From Chiloscyllium plagiosum (Eukaryota), in assembly GCF_004010195.1 (NCBI RefSeq), contig NC_057751.1, forward strand, positions 13,088,322 to 13,147,728: DNA of 59,407 nt. The letters are read 5' to 3'. Each line of letters starts with the position of its first letter. The stretch's first letter is position 1. The translations under genes were made by a program, and so were the position numbers. Positions 28,101 to 37,600 of the stretch are shown piece by piece. Under the pieces are notes generated by a model, which saw only the letters and a list, made by a program, of their open reading frames with translations, had not been told where the DNA came from and ran no database searches.

Positions 28101-28531
28101 GAATTAGAACTCAGACTGATTTCTGACCTTGCTGTCACTGAATAATGGATGACTCACAACTTCACTTTTGTTCCTCTGGCTGACATCAGTCACCCAACTC
28201 GAACCAGGGATTAATTTTGGAACTCTTCATTCTGCACAACACTGTACCATATTTGGAAAAGGCATCTACCAATAGAATTGTATAAGGTCTCGCATTGACA
28301 GCCATTATAAAAAATGTGTGTAAATGAAGAAAATAATGTTTTCTTCTTTCTAAATCTCTCTACAGTATAACTTTACACCTCAAGATTTCCTGTCCATCTT
28401 CCCCTGCTTTCAGCTGCTCTCGGAATGCCATATGTTCCGTCCCACAGGTTAAGATAGAAATGGAATCCGAGTACGATGATACAGACACTGAGAGAGCTCG
28501 GAGAGACACAAGCGGTGAAACTACTCTGTAA
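870..28531 (+). CDS. SLC4A5: SLC4A5 (NBCe2) sodium bicarbonate cotransporter, 3' part of a multi-exon gene (5' part lies outside the window)
   Basis: Spliced translation [14 protein letters not shown]...[10 protein letters not shown]...[25 protein letters not shown]...[13 protein letters not shown] is the SLC4 membrane domain. Paralog-specific residues ([33 protein letters not shown]) and adjacency to MTHFD2 favour SLC4A5 over SLC4A4. All introns are GT-AG with consistent phase. Confidence 0.95.
3122..3426 (-). mobile_element. HE1-like tRNA-derived V-SINE, full length
   Basis: 5' GGGCAGCACGGTGGCTCAGTGG (A box), V domain TGTGTGGAGTTTGCACATTCTCCCCGTG, LINE-derived tail with short repeat. Confidence 0.85.
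4140..4201 (+). CDS. SLC4A5: SLC4A5 62-nt exon, glycosylated extracellular loop 3 ([21 protein letters not shown])
   Basis: gccttacag / gtaagt; phase 1 to 0 joins the flanking exons; four N-x-S/T sequons. Confidence 0.9.
4498..4830 (+). mobile_element. CR1/HER1-like LINE 3' fragment
   Basis: LIEVYKI...F..RV...[13 protein letters not shown] sequence plus 3' tail. Confidence 0.75.
5733..5933 (+). CDS. SLC4A5: SLC4A5 exon ([11 protein letters not shown]...KFSRYFPTK)
   Basis: polypyrimidine tract + taag acceptor, gtaagt donor; 201 nt, phase 0-0. Confidence 0.95.
6477..7120 (-). mobile_element. CR1/HER1-like LINE 3' fragment (ORF2 C-terminus)
   Basis: ORF 6563-7066: [18 protein letters not shown]...LERVQ...RTRGH...WNGLP; (CTATGACT)n tail. 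Confidence 0.92.
7391..7504 (+). CDS. SLC4A5: SLC4A5 alternative TM7/EL4 exon, copy A ([38 protein letters not shown])
   Basis: tttccattag acceptor, AAG|gtttga donor; 114 nt, phase 0-0, open frame; conserved DF..TPKL.VP motif. Confidence 0.88.
8346..8415. repeat. Perfect 35-bp tandem duplication
   Basis: AACATCATAGTTATCAGAACTTGGTGTACCTGGGG x2. Confidence 0.95.
8590..8703 (+). CDS. SLC4A5: SLC4A5 alternative TM7/EL4 exon, copy B ([38 protein letters not shown])
   Basis: ctatcttag acceptor, AAG|gtaaat donor; 114 nt, phase 0-0, open frame; 23/38 aa identical to copy A. Confidence 0.88.
9741..9902 (+). CDS. SLC4A5: SLC4A5 exon (PTRSDRGW...[19 protein letters not shown])
   Basis: ttcttgtag / gtaggt; 162 nt; DQQIT motif. 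Confidence 0.95.
10840..11430 (-). mobile_element. Non-LTR retrotransposon 3' fragment (Rex1/Babar- or L2-like)
   Basis: Minus-strand [17 protein letters not shown] and [15 protein letters not shown] RT C-terminal motifs, with frameshifts. Confidence 0.65.
11924..12102 (+). CDS. SLC4A5: SLC4A5 exon (KGAGYHLDL...PQFLGVR)
   Basis: tgctgcag / gtattt; 179 nt, phase 0-2. Confidence 0.95.
12484..12726. mobile_element. Penelope-like inverted pseudo-LTR insertion with 12-bp target site duplication
   Basis: About 89-bp inverted arms (12491-12579 / 12591-12679), 11-bp spacer; TTGCTAAAAAGT at 12484-12495 and 12715-12726. Confidence 0.8.
12860..13170. repeat. Degraded palindromic Penelope-derived repeat family (related copies near 7990-8095, 10535-10770, 14985-15120, 15340-15430, 23935-24035, 26500-26610, 44800-44935)
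   Basis: Shared CCACAGATGCTG..AGACCTGCTGAG.TTTTCCAGCA / CAGCATCTGCAGT motifs, often as inverted pairs. Confidence 0.7.
14705..14777 (+). CDS. SLC4A5: SLC4A5 exon ([24 protein letters not shown])
   Basis: ttttccag / gtaagc; 73 nt, phase 2-0. Confidence 0.95.
15573..15641 (+). CDS. SLC4A5: SLC4A5 exon ([23 protein letters not shown])
   Basis: ttctcag / gtaggt; 69 nt. Confidence 0.95.
15905..16400 (+). mobile_element. Penelope-like element 3' end with inverted partial copy
   Basis: [27 protein letters not shown] resembles the end of a Penelope GIY-YIG ORF; pLTR with CTGAGGA..GAAACGTT; inverted copy at 15905-15990. Confidence 0.75.
16969..17142 (+). CDS. SLC4A5: SLC4A5 exon ([17 protein letters not shown]...AAIIFPVM)
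   Basis: ttctccag / gtaaga; 174 nt. Confidence 0.95.
17970..18510. mobile_element. Penelope-like element 3' end in head-to-head inverted arrangement
   Basis: [28 protein letters not shown] on -, [15 protein letters not shown] on +; inverted pLTR arms of about 120 bp. Confidence 0.78.
18629..18790 (+). CDS. SLC4A5: SLC4A5 exon (ILALILVRK...DKKKKK...DSINE)
   Basis: ataag acceptor, gtgagt donor; 162 nt; lysine-rich C-terminal stretch typical of NBCs. Confidence 0.93.
21666..21762 (+). CDS. SLC4A5: SLC4A5 frameshifting C-terminal cassette exon ([VSFQ][28 protein letters not shown]); 97 nt, or 85 nt if the acceptor at 21678 is used
   Basis: KIPM motif shared with NBCe1/NBCe2 C-termini; two in-frame acceptors (ttctag, ttccag) 12 nt apart; A|gtgagt donor; length = 3n+1. 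Confidence 0.8.
23684..23728 (+). CDS. SLC4A5: Candidate 45-nt SLC4A5 cassette microexon ([15 protein letters not shown] in phase 0)
   Basis: strong ttttctttctcttttttaaaattag acceptor and GAG|gtgagc donor; open in phase 0; no homology support known to me. Confidence 0.5.
25454..25524 (+). CDS. SLC4A5: SLC4A5 dual-frame exon: [11 protein letters not shown] (stop 25486-25488) or [23 protein letters not shown]
   Basis: ttttcag acceptor, CAG|gtactc donor; phase-1 reading matches the NBCe2 RSSSWS end; phase-0 reading is open and splices in frame to the ETTL exon. Confidence 0.85.
25660..26045 (+). mobile_element. Degraded CR1-like LINE fragment
   Basis: YIDDL..KFA.NTK and [10 protein letters not shown] motifs, interrupted. 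Confidence 0.6.
26868..28005 (-). mobile_element. CR1-like LINE RT fragment, possibly two nested pieces
   Basis: [20 protein letters not shown]...[26 protein letters not shown]. Confidence 0.88.
28366..28531 (+). CDS. SLC4A5: SLC4A5 terminal exon, long C-terminus ending ...PQVKIEMES...TSGETTL*
   Basis: ctctctacag acceptor; 54 open codons then TAA; resembles the NBCe1-C tail (PQIRIELE...ETTL), a class I PDZ ligand. Confidence 0.85.
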
Positions 28532-31500
28532 CTTGGTCTGCCAGGTCCTGCCAGTAACACTTTGTTGGCACATGGACCTCGTGAACTGTTGATGAGCTAA
28601 CAGATGAGGGCCATGATTTGTGCAAATTAACTTGGTGAGAACTGCACTTTGTCCATACCGGAGTATCTACCGCAGGTGAAGACTTCTATGCATCTACATT
28701 GTCTTTTGCCTAGAAGTGTTGTTTAAAATATGTTTTTCAAGGATATTGACATACTTAATAAAGATTAGGAACAGATAGCATCAGTCACACAAGACTGCAG
28801 TGTATACCAAGAAATTCCAGGAATTAGGAAATTGTTTTGAGGTAATTTAATTTTTCAAGCCAGTTCTCCTTTGAGATTTAACTCTGATGTTCTGTTGAGA
28901 TTGACCAATTGTTTACGTAAATGCATCATTTACCACCTTCCCACCTGTAAGTTTTTCTCCTTAGGTTCAATGCTGTTCAGAGCACGTATTGCTCCATTTT
29001 GAACAGGATTTCAATCCTGATGAGAATCCTGAAGCTTTTACAAACAAATTGTTTTAAATTATATTGCACAGTGTATGAAGCGGAGGGAGCTCAGCTGGTG
29101 TAGGTCAAGTAGCTCTTAACCACCTTGTAACTTTTCAAAAGTTCCCAGCTGTAGATTTTCCATTTGATGTTGCTATAGTTTATTTCTATTTAAGTGATAC
29201 AAAAGTGGGAATTCCTGATAAAACTTAATGATTTCTCATGGCAAGTTAAGATTGTTCTACAAATGTCAACCATGTATTTCCTTACTCCATTTTTAATTTA
29301 TTTTGTAATTGATGTATTTGAAATCATTGGTAGAAATTATGATGTATGACAAATTAATGCTGTGACTCTTTGTCTGGCAGTCCATCTTCATACTGATAAG
29401 AGCATTTCATGCAGCGAGATATCACATGAAAAAGACCAGAAAAATGATATTGTTTGTTTGATTAAGCCTGAAGATACTTCAGGTTTTACTGTTTTCTGAA
29501 TTTGTTACAAAGAAAAATCAGTTGAACTTAATAGTGTCAATGTTTGCTTCTTCAATGCAAACACAAAATCAGTTTGAAATCAGACAACATGGAGTTCATT
29601 CAGAAAAACAGCATTGAAAAGAACAAAGTATTTCATGTCAATAATAAACACTCAACACCATCCTTTCAAAGTGTATGGTTAAAAGGAGTTGAACTGCACC
29701 CTCATCACCTGTTGCTTAAATTTGTCGGAGGCCATTCAACCTGTCAATAGATGTTGCCAACATTTTCATTTGAGATTAGAATGTATGAATTTGGAGGCAG
29801 CCACGAATTAGGATTGCAAATTCAGAGGATTACCTGCAAATTAGGTTTGTGTGGAAGTATAAAAAAACAGTTCAGATCTACTTATCAATGATATAACTAG
29901 ATTCACCTTGGCGTGTACTCGTTCTGCCAAAAGGCGACATTGTGGAACTGAATACTCCGGAAACTTATTGCACATTATTACTTCCTGTGCAGACTAATTT
30001 TAAAAAGGAAAACCTGAGTAAACACACATAGCAAGTGGGAGTTCCAACTTCCATTCTGCTACATTCTGTAGTCATTTTTATTCATTCAGGGGAGGGGGGC
30101 TTTGCTAGCATAGCCAATGTTTATTGTCTAATCCATAGCTGTCCTTGAGGCAGTGGTGGGGCACTGCTTTCTTGAACCACTGCAGTCCATTGTGTGCAAA
30201 AACACTCACAGCACTGCTAGGGAACAGAGGTGTATGGTTTTGATCTCTCCACAGACAAAGAAGGGTGATTCATTTCCAAGTTAGAATGGTGAATGGCATG
30301 AAGAATGCAAGAGGAATTTGTTAGTGTAGTGTTCATACATATCTGCTGCCCTTAGTGGATAGCTTGGTTACGGGCCCAAAACTAGGAAAATCATTAATAG
30401 GTGGGCAATGAGTAAAAGTTTTAATTCAATAGCTGGGCTTGGCACCTGGAAGGGTGAGGATACCCCATGACTGAAGTGGTTCATCTTTGCATGAAATTAA
30501 CAATGCCAGTTGCATTAAGTACAGGAAATAATGGATACGATCAATAAACCCTCCAACACAAGTGTTCACCTTTAAATCTTGTTATTAAATTTCATATATC
30601 AACATTTTTAAGTTAGGTGTGAGTCTGTTGTTGCACAAATTAAACCAACTGCTTAAAACAGAAGTTTTACACACAAACAGTGATCTATGTATGACTGATT
30701 TGCCAGTGCTATCTTTATGAGACCAACATTAGTTCAGATACTTTTTAAAAAATGGTAATAACTAAATAGGCAATTTGTTTGAGATGACACTTTGTTTAAA
30801 AAAAAATTGTAAGGTTGTGAGTTTGAGTTCAAAAGCTGGTACGATTTCAATACAGAACTCATAGGAATGTTGTTTCGTTTTGAAGCACTGTCCATTTGAG
30901 ACAGATATTAAAAGGTGACACATCATTATTCTGAATTTGCTCGATAACTTAGCCAAATTCTAGCCATCATCAACATTATCAAATAAGCAAACAATATGAC
31001 ACACAATCTCATGATTATTTGCGACATTATCAACACCACATAGTGCAGCATGGACAGTCAAGACAGATTTCTTTCTTTGAGAAACAATAATGTGACCAGG
31101 TGCTAAGCTAATACAAGTATTATCATTTGCCAGCAAGTAAATAGCTCTCTGCTATCATGTCGCCTTGCCCTGTGTCCTGAACAACTTGGCCTGTGCAGTA
31201 GAATTGGTAGAATAAATTTAACCAGGGTGCCAGTAGAAATAAATGTGAGGTGAAACTGATAAATGACACACGCATGTTCCTTGGTCAGAAAGTACATCAG
31301 AGATCTATTCAGAATACAGCGTCTGCAAAGAGAAAAAAAAAGAGCTATTCCTGAACTCAGACGATGGACAGGTCTCAACTTTCCTTGCTTTTTAATATAT
31401 GATACACTATATGGTTCAATCATTTAACTAGGAGTAAACACAGTTAAAATCTTCCTGTAGGATAAAATTAACTGGTGAAAATTCTTCAGTAGAAATTGCA

Positions 31501-34500
31501 GATAGATTCATTCAGCAATGACCGTTACAGATTATTTGCCCTAAATGTTCAGAAAAGCAAATTTCCTCACAATGAAAACACATGCAAGTTATCCCAACTG
31601 ATTCTTTGCACCAGATGAAGACTTGGACAAGATAATATACTATGATCCTATCAACCTTTTGAAACAATGTACAAAACCTTACGACAATTTTAGCAAGAGC
31701 AGAGGAGCTACAGCGCAGTGCCTTAGCCAATATTCATCCCTGAACCTACATGAATGCAATCAACATTAAAATTATTTGTCTCATTGGGAATTGGTGGGAT
31801 CTGACTGTGTTCAAGTTGAAGCGGACAGTTCATGTCTCTGCTGCTGACAATAATAATTTTTTATTTCACTGGGTCTTTTATAACTAATACTACATCCCAC
31901 TGTAGCCTTCTAAAACACAATATAACACTGAGCTCCAGAAGACACTATTTGCACCAAAAGGTTGGTTTTTAGGCACATCTTTGAAAAGGCAAGGTAAATC
32001 AAAAGAAAGATGTTTTTGGAAAGAAATTCTAAAACTTACGACAGCTGCCAATGATGGAACAGTTAAAAATCAGGTATGGACAAAGCCAAATTACTAAATT
32101 AAAAAGCAGACAGTACTGCAGTGAAACAAGCATTCGGCCAATATTGAGTGCATGGAGAGAGGTGATGAAAATGAGAATATTTGGGTTCCTCAGCTTACAT
32201 TATTGGAAAGCACCTATTTTGGAATATCACCATGACGCAGCATGTAAATGAGGAAAAAGATCCAAGGAGCGATCATGAGAAAACAAACACACAAGTTAAA
32301 TGATGCAATAATGGAAGAAAGTGTATCGAAGATAATTCGCCGACTAGAATTTGATAAGAATGGAAACAGGAGTGGAGACAAACAGATAAAAATAAAATAA
32401 ATTTTGTAAGACTATTCTCAAACGATAACACAGTCTCTGATAACCCACACAGCAATAGATATAATTGCATAATATTATGCCTCAGCAATTTTAAACTGCA
32501 TAGGATATTTGCTTTCGCCGATAGTATTGAAATCGCTTAGTCCTGATCCTGCTCTATGGGCTTTACACTGATACTTGCCATGATATGCTGATTGCTGTTG
32601 CAATGCAATTCTTGGTTAATGGCCAATGTAGGAAACATGAAGCCTGGTTAATGCTTTTCTCTTCCAGCAGTGGCCTTAGGTTATTGTTTCAGTTGCAGAA
32701 ACAAGAACATTGCTACTTTTAAACTTACGTTTGGATATCGTGAAAATTTACTCTTCACTACTGATTAAATCAGAGCTCTACACATATTTATCACCTTTAC
32801 ACTTGCCTTGACAAGGGGCTAAGGACTACATGTTTTCAGTTTTCTTAATCTATTATTGAGCACGACTATTTCCATTCCCACCACTTCTGTACATTTGGGA
32901 GGATTGTAGCTCCTTGGTATGAGGAAGCAATCACTGCTTTATCTTTACTTTTCTACCTCACTCCTCCTTCATTGGGTTTTACCCATTCCTGAAGATTAGT
33001 TTGGGATTAGGGCTTGCAGGGATCAAAGGGTCTATTTCCATACTGTATGATTCTAAAAGAGGATTTTGTGTCAAAGTTAATATAAACATGTAAAATTTAC
33101 AACTGGTAAGAGCTCAGTTGACCTCTGTTCAATAACTATGTTCCGGTACACTTTTTATTGTTCATTTGACCATAGTACCAGGAAGGCAAAACTGAACACG
33201 TCCTGTAGATAACCAGCTTAAATATTGTTGTCTGCACATCCTGGTGTTTTAAAACACTGGTACTAGGGTGGCCAGTGATACTGGATTGAAAACTTGGAGA
33301 TGAAATAACTGCTTCTCCATACCTGTACATTTCACAGTGAATTTCACAATGACAGACTGAGATTTACGCTGGATGTTGTAACAAATTTTTATTTCACAGC
33401 CTGAACCACTCTTACCATAAAAAGAGACATGTCATAATACATATTATGCCTCAATGCTTTGATGCCTGGCATGAAAAGTTTTAAAAAGTTATGTCTTACT
33501 GGAAAATTATGGCAACTTATGGTCACTGCATTCTTAAAGTATGTTGACCCCACAGTTGTGATAAACTGTTGTAACAGCTCATTAGGAAAATTAGGCCATT
33601 TCTAGCAATTATTGCTTAATCACTATTTGCATCAATTTAGGAGGTTGACATTGCCCCATAAAACAGCTCCACCTACATATTTCTAAAATCTCTGAAGAAA
33701 GCAAAATCAACTAACCAAACAAATCCATAACAGGTAGGGAACACAAAAACTACATCAGCATCTCACACTAGGCTGTCTCAACTGTGTTTGATACTATTCT
33801 GCTCACCTCAATCGAAAAATTGTCTAGTCAATAACATGATAATAGTAGGTTTGCATGACTGACCGAGAGGATCTGACATAGACAGAACACGGGGTTGCTG
33901 TCCTGACTTGCAGTCAACTGTGGTGTTTCAGTGGAAGAGCTGATAGCACTCAATTTTACTATGACAGTTTGACATTAAGAAGTTATCCATATAATTTAGA
34001 AATTGTGGTTGCAATTCTGCAGCAAAAAAACAGCAAAGTGATAGAAATATTTTCATGAATCATGTTACATCTGTCTGCTTTTACAGCATGACAGAGTACT
34101 ACCAAATGACTGCAGTAGTACAATCTTCGCTGGACTTTCCACGTGACACCTTCAGAGTAGATAAGCTGGATAGTAGGGCCCTTTCTTGATATGTACAACT
34201 GCTTACCTGCTCATCCCAACTTCACTTCCAGGAATAAAACCATTTTTTTCCCCCAAACTAAATTTAAAAGGGAACAATCCCCAATTAACCTTGCTTTAGG
34301 AAGCATCTCAGTAACAAAATATAAAATTGCACATAAATGTAGATCCTTAACTAAGGAACTTTGAAATAAATTATATTCAATGCAAAGTGAAAAAAAAAAA
34401 CTTAACGCCCTTAAGCACAATGACAATAAATAAATTGCTCAACTATTAGCCTTTGGTATGTGTTGATGTAAAACAGTACATTGGAATGTTCATGAGGGTA

Positions 34501-34546
34501 CTCTGCCCCGTTTCTCTGTGGCACTACCGTGAGGGCAACCATTTGT

Positions 34547-34671
34547 TCAGTTCTCTCTCAGCTTCAAAAGCTTCTTGGCTGCAATGATGGTGTTCTTCAT
34601 CAGCATTGCGACTGTCATGGGTCCAACTCCTCCTGGCACTGGTGTTATGAAGCTGGCTTTTTTCTTTACCT
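34547..34671 (-). CDS. MTHFD2: MTHFD2 exon 8 coding part with TGA stop
   Basis: [41 protein letters not shown]; ttttcag acceptor. Confidence 0.95.
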
Positions 34672-37600
34672 CTGAAAATAGTACAAGAAGTATGGCAAGA
34701 TAATTTCCTTTTTGTATGTCCCCACCATAAAGTAAACCCTGCTGTTAACGTAAAAAGGACGTATTGCAAGCTTTCTAAATGCATTTATTTAGTTAAGAAC
34801 TTCACAGGTGCTCATGCACCATTGATTTAAATGCTACCTAATTTGAGTTGTGCAATAAGATTGAATAAAATGAAGCAACCTCCTCTCAAATGCAAAACAA
34901 TCTGCTTCTCTCCAACAACGTTGGAATTCCCACTAAATTTAAAATCCCATAAAGCAAAGCGGCAGACAGTCATTGTCATGTGGTCTCAATCAAATTACAT
35001 TTAAACCACATGCAAAGGAGAAGTATTGAGCAGGTCACAAGCTCATTAACAAGGCTTCATGAACTAATCTAATCAAAATCAACAATGTAGGCTTCTCCAG
35101 GCTAGGAAAAAAGGTTATAAATATCCCAAATGGTAGACACTTGGAAGAAAAAAAAGTTAACCCATTCTACAAATACAGACTGACATTTAATGTGGGACCG
35201 TATTTCTCCTGCAGCTCAAACTGTTTTCTGGCATAAAAATGTGAATTCAATGTCTGGAAATTTCATCCCAGTTATCTACGGTTCCAAATGAACCATTTGT
35301 ATCCACAGTGTCCTCGTGACCCAAGTGATGTGCAGTACTCAATTGTTTAACTCAAAACAATATATGCATTGATGGCCAATCCCGCAAATTGTAGTACCCC
35401 AGTTCACGTGTTCTATCATTAGCCATGAACACATGGCCTAAGAACTGTCATGTGCTACGATCCCAGACTATAGTGTTAAAGTTACGTATCATGTTAGGTG
35501 GGGACCCATGACTTTGTCCCTTTCAATAGACAGTACGAGATTGAAAGAACTTAGACACTTTTTTGTAAACGCATTTGTGGGATGTGGGCGTCACTGGCTG
35601 GCCAGCATTTATTACCCATCCCTAGTTACTCTTGAGAATGTGGTTGTGAGCTGCCTTTTAAACCGCTGCAGCCCACCTGCTGTGGATTGACCCACAATTC
35701 CATTCGAGCAGAAAGTCCAGGATTTTGCCTCAGGCGACAGTGAAGGAACAGTCAATATAGTTCAAGCCTTTGCATTGAGAATAACCTCCATTGTGTTGAT
35801 TAGATTAGATTACTTCGGCCCAACAAGTCCACACCGACCCGCCGAAGCGCAACCCACCCATTCCCCTACATTTACCCCTTTACCTAACACTACAGGCAAT
35901 TTAGCATGGCCAATTCACCTGACCTGCACATGTTTGGACTGTGGGAGGAAACCGGAGCACTCGGAGGAAAACCACGCAGACACGGGGAGAATGTGCAAAC
36001 TCCACACAGTCAGTCAGTCGCCCAAGTCGGGAATTGAACCCGGGTCTCTGGCGCTGTGAGTCAGCAGTGCTAACCACTGTGCCACCGTGCCGCCCGCAGT
36101 TGTTGGGACAGTTGTTGACACTATCACCATGCTAAATTGAACAGACTTCAAACTGATCTAGCAACTCAAGACTGGCATCTTTGAAGCACAGTGGGCCATC
36201 AACAGCAGAATTGTACTCCAGCACACAATCGCATGGCCTGCCATACCCCCTACTCAACTATTACCATTAAGCCAGGATTAACCCTGGTTCAATGGAGAGT
36301 GCAGGAGGGCATGCCAGGAGCAGCACCAAGCATACCTGAAGATGAAATGTTAGTCAAACAGCATAAGCAGCAAGTGATAGGCAGAGCTAAGCAATCCCAC
36401 AACCAAGACTTGTGCTCCAGAACTTGGCACTCCCCTAACCAAATTATTCCAGTACAGTTATAATACTGGCATCTACCCAATGTGAAAAATTGCCCATGTA
36501 TGTCATGTACATAAAACCAAAAGGACAAATCCAATCTGGCCAGTTACCACCAAATCAGTTTACTGTTGATTATCAGGAAAGCGATAGGAGGTACCAACAA
36601 CACTGCTATCAAGCAGCACCTGCTCAGCAACAACCTGTGCAGTGATGTTCAAATTGGGTTCTGCCAGGGGCAGTCAGCTCCTGAGAGCCTTGGTTCAAAA
36701 ATGGCCAGAAGAGCTGAATTGCAACGGTGAGGAGCGAGAGAGTTCTTGACATCAAGGCTGCATTCGACCAAGTGTGGCATCAAGGAGCTCCAGCACAACT
36801 GGTATCAATAGGTTATCAGGAGGCAAACTCTCTGGTGGTTAGAGTCATACCTGACACATAGGAAGATGGTGGTGGCTGTTAGAGTTCAATCACCTCACCT
36901 CCAGGTTATCTATGTAGGAGTTTATCAGGGTAGTATCCTAGGTCCAAACATCTTCAGCTGCTTCATCAATGACCTTGCCTCCATCAAAAGGTAAGATGTG
37001 GGAACACTCGATGATTGTGCAATGTTCATCACAGTTAGTGACTCCTCAGAGACTGAAGTTTGTGTCCAAATGTAACAAAATCTGGACAATAATCGAGGCT
37101 TGGGCTGACAAATAGCAAGTAACATATAGACCACACAAATGCCAGGCTTTGATCGTCACCAATAAGAGACAGTCTAACTGCCATCGCTTGACATTCAGTG
37201 GTGTTACAGTCACTGAATCCCCCACTAACACCCCACCCTGGGAACTATCATTGATCAGAAACTCAACTTAACCCACCACATAAACGCAGTGGCTACAAGA
37301 GCAGGTCAGAGACTCAATACTGTGACAAATAACTCACCTCCTGACTTCAAACAGTCTGTCCACCATCTACAAGGCCCAAATCAGGAGGTGAGTTACTTGT
37401 CACAGTATTGAGTACTCCCCACTCGTGGAATACTCCCCACTTGCCCGAATGAGTGCAACCCCAACAATACTGAAGAAGTTTGACATCATCCAGGACAAAG
37501 CAGCCCGCCTGATAGACACCATGTGAAGAGATATCCACTTCTGCAACCAATGATGCTCAGCACCTTCACTGCAGAAATTCACCAAAGATACTCAGACAGC

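Noticed and set aside
870..28531. Calling the transporter SLC4A4 (NBCe1) because of the ETTL tail and the RKLISDF exon
   Set aside because: Diagnostic residues across several exons and the MTHFD2 neighbour fit SLC4A5.
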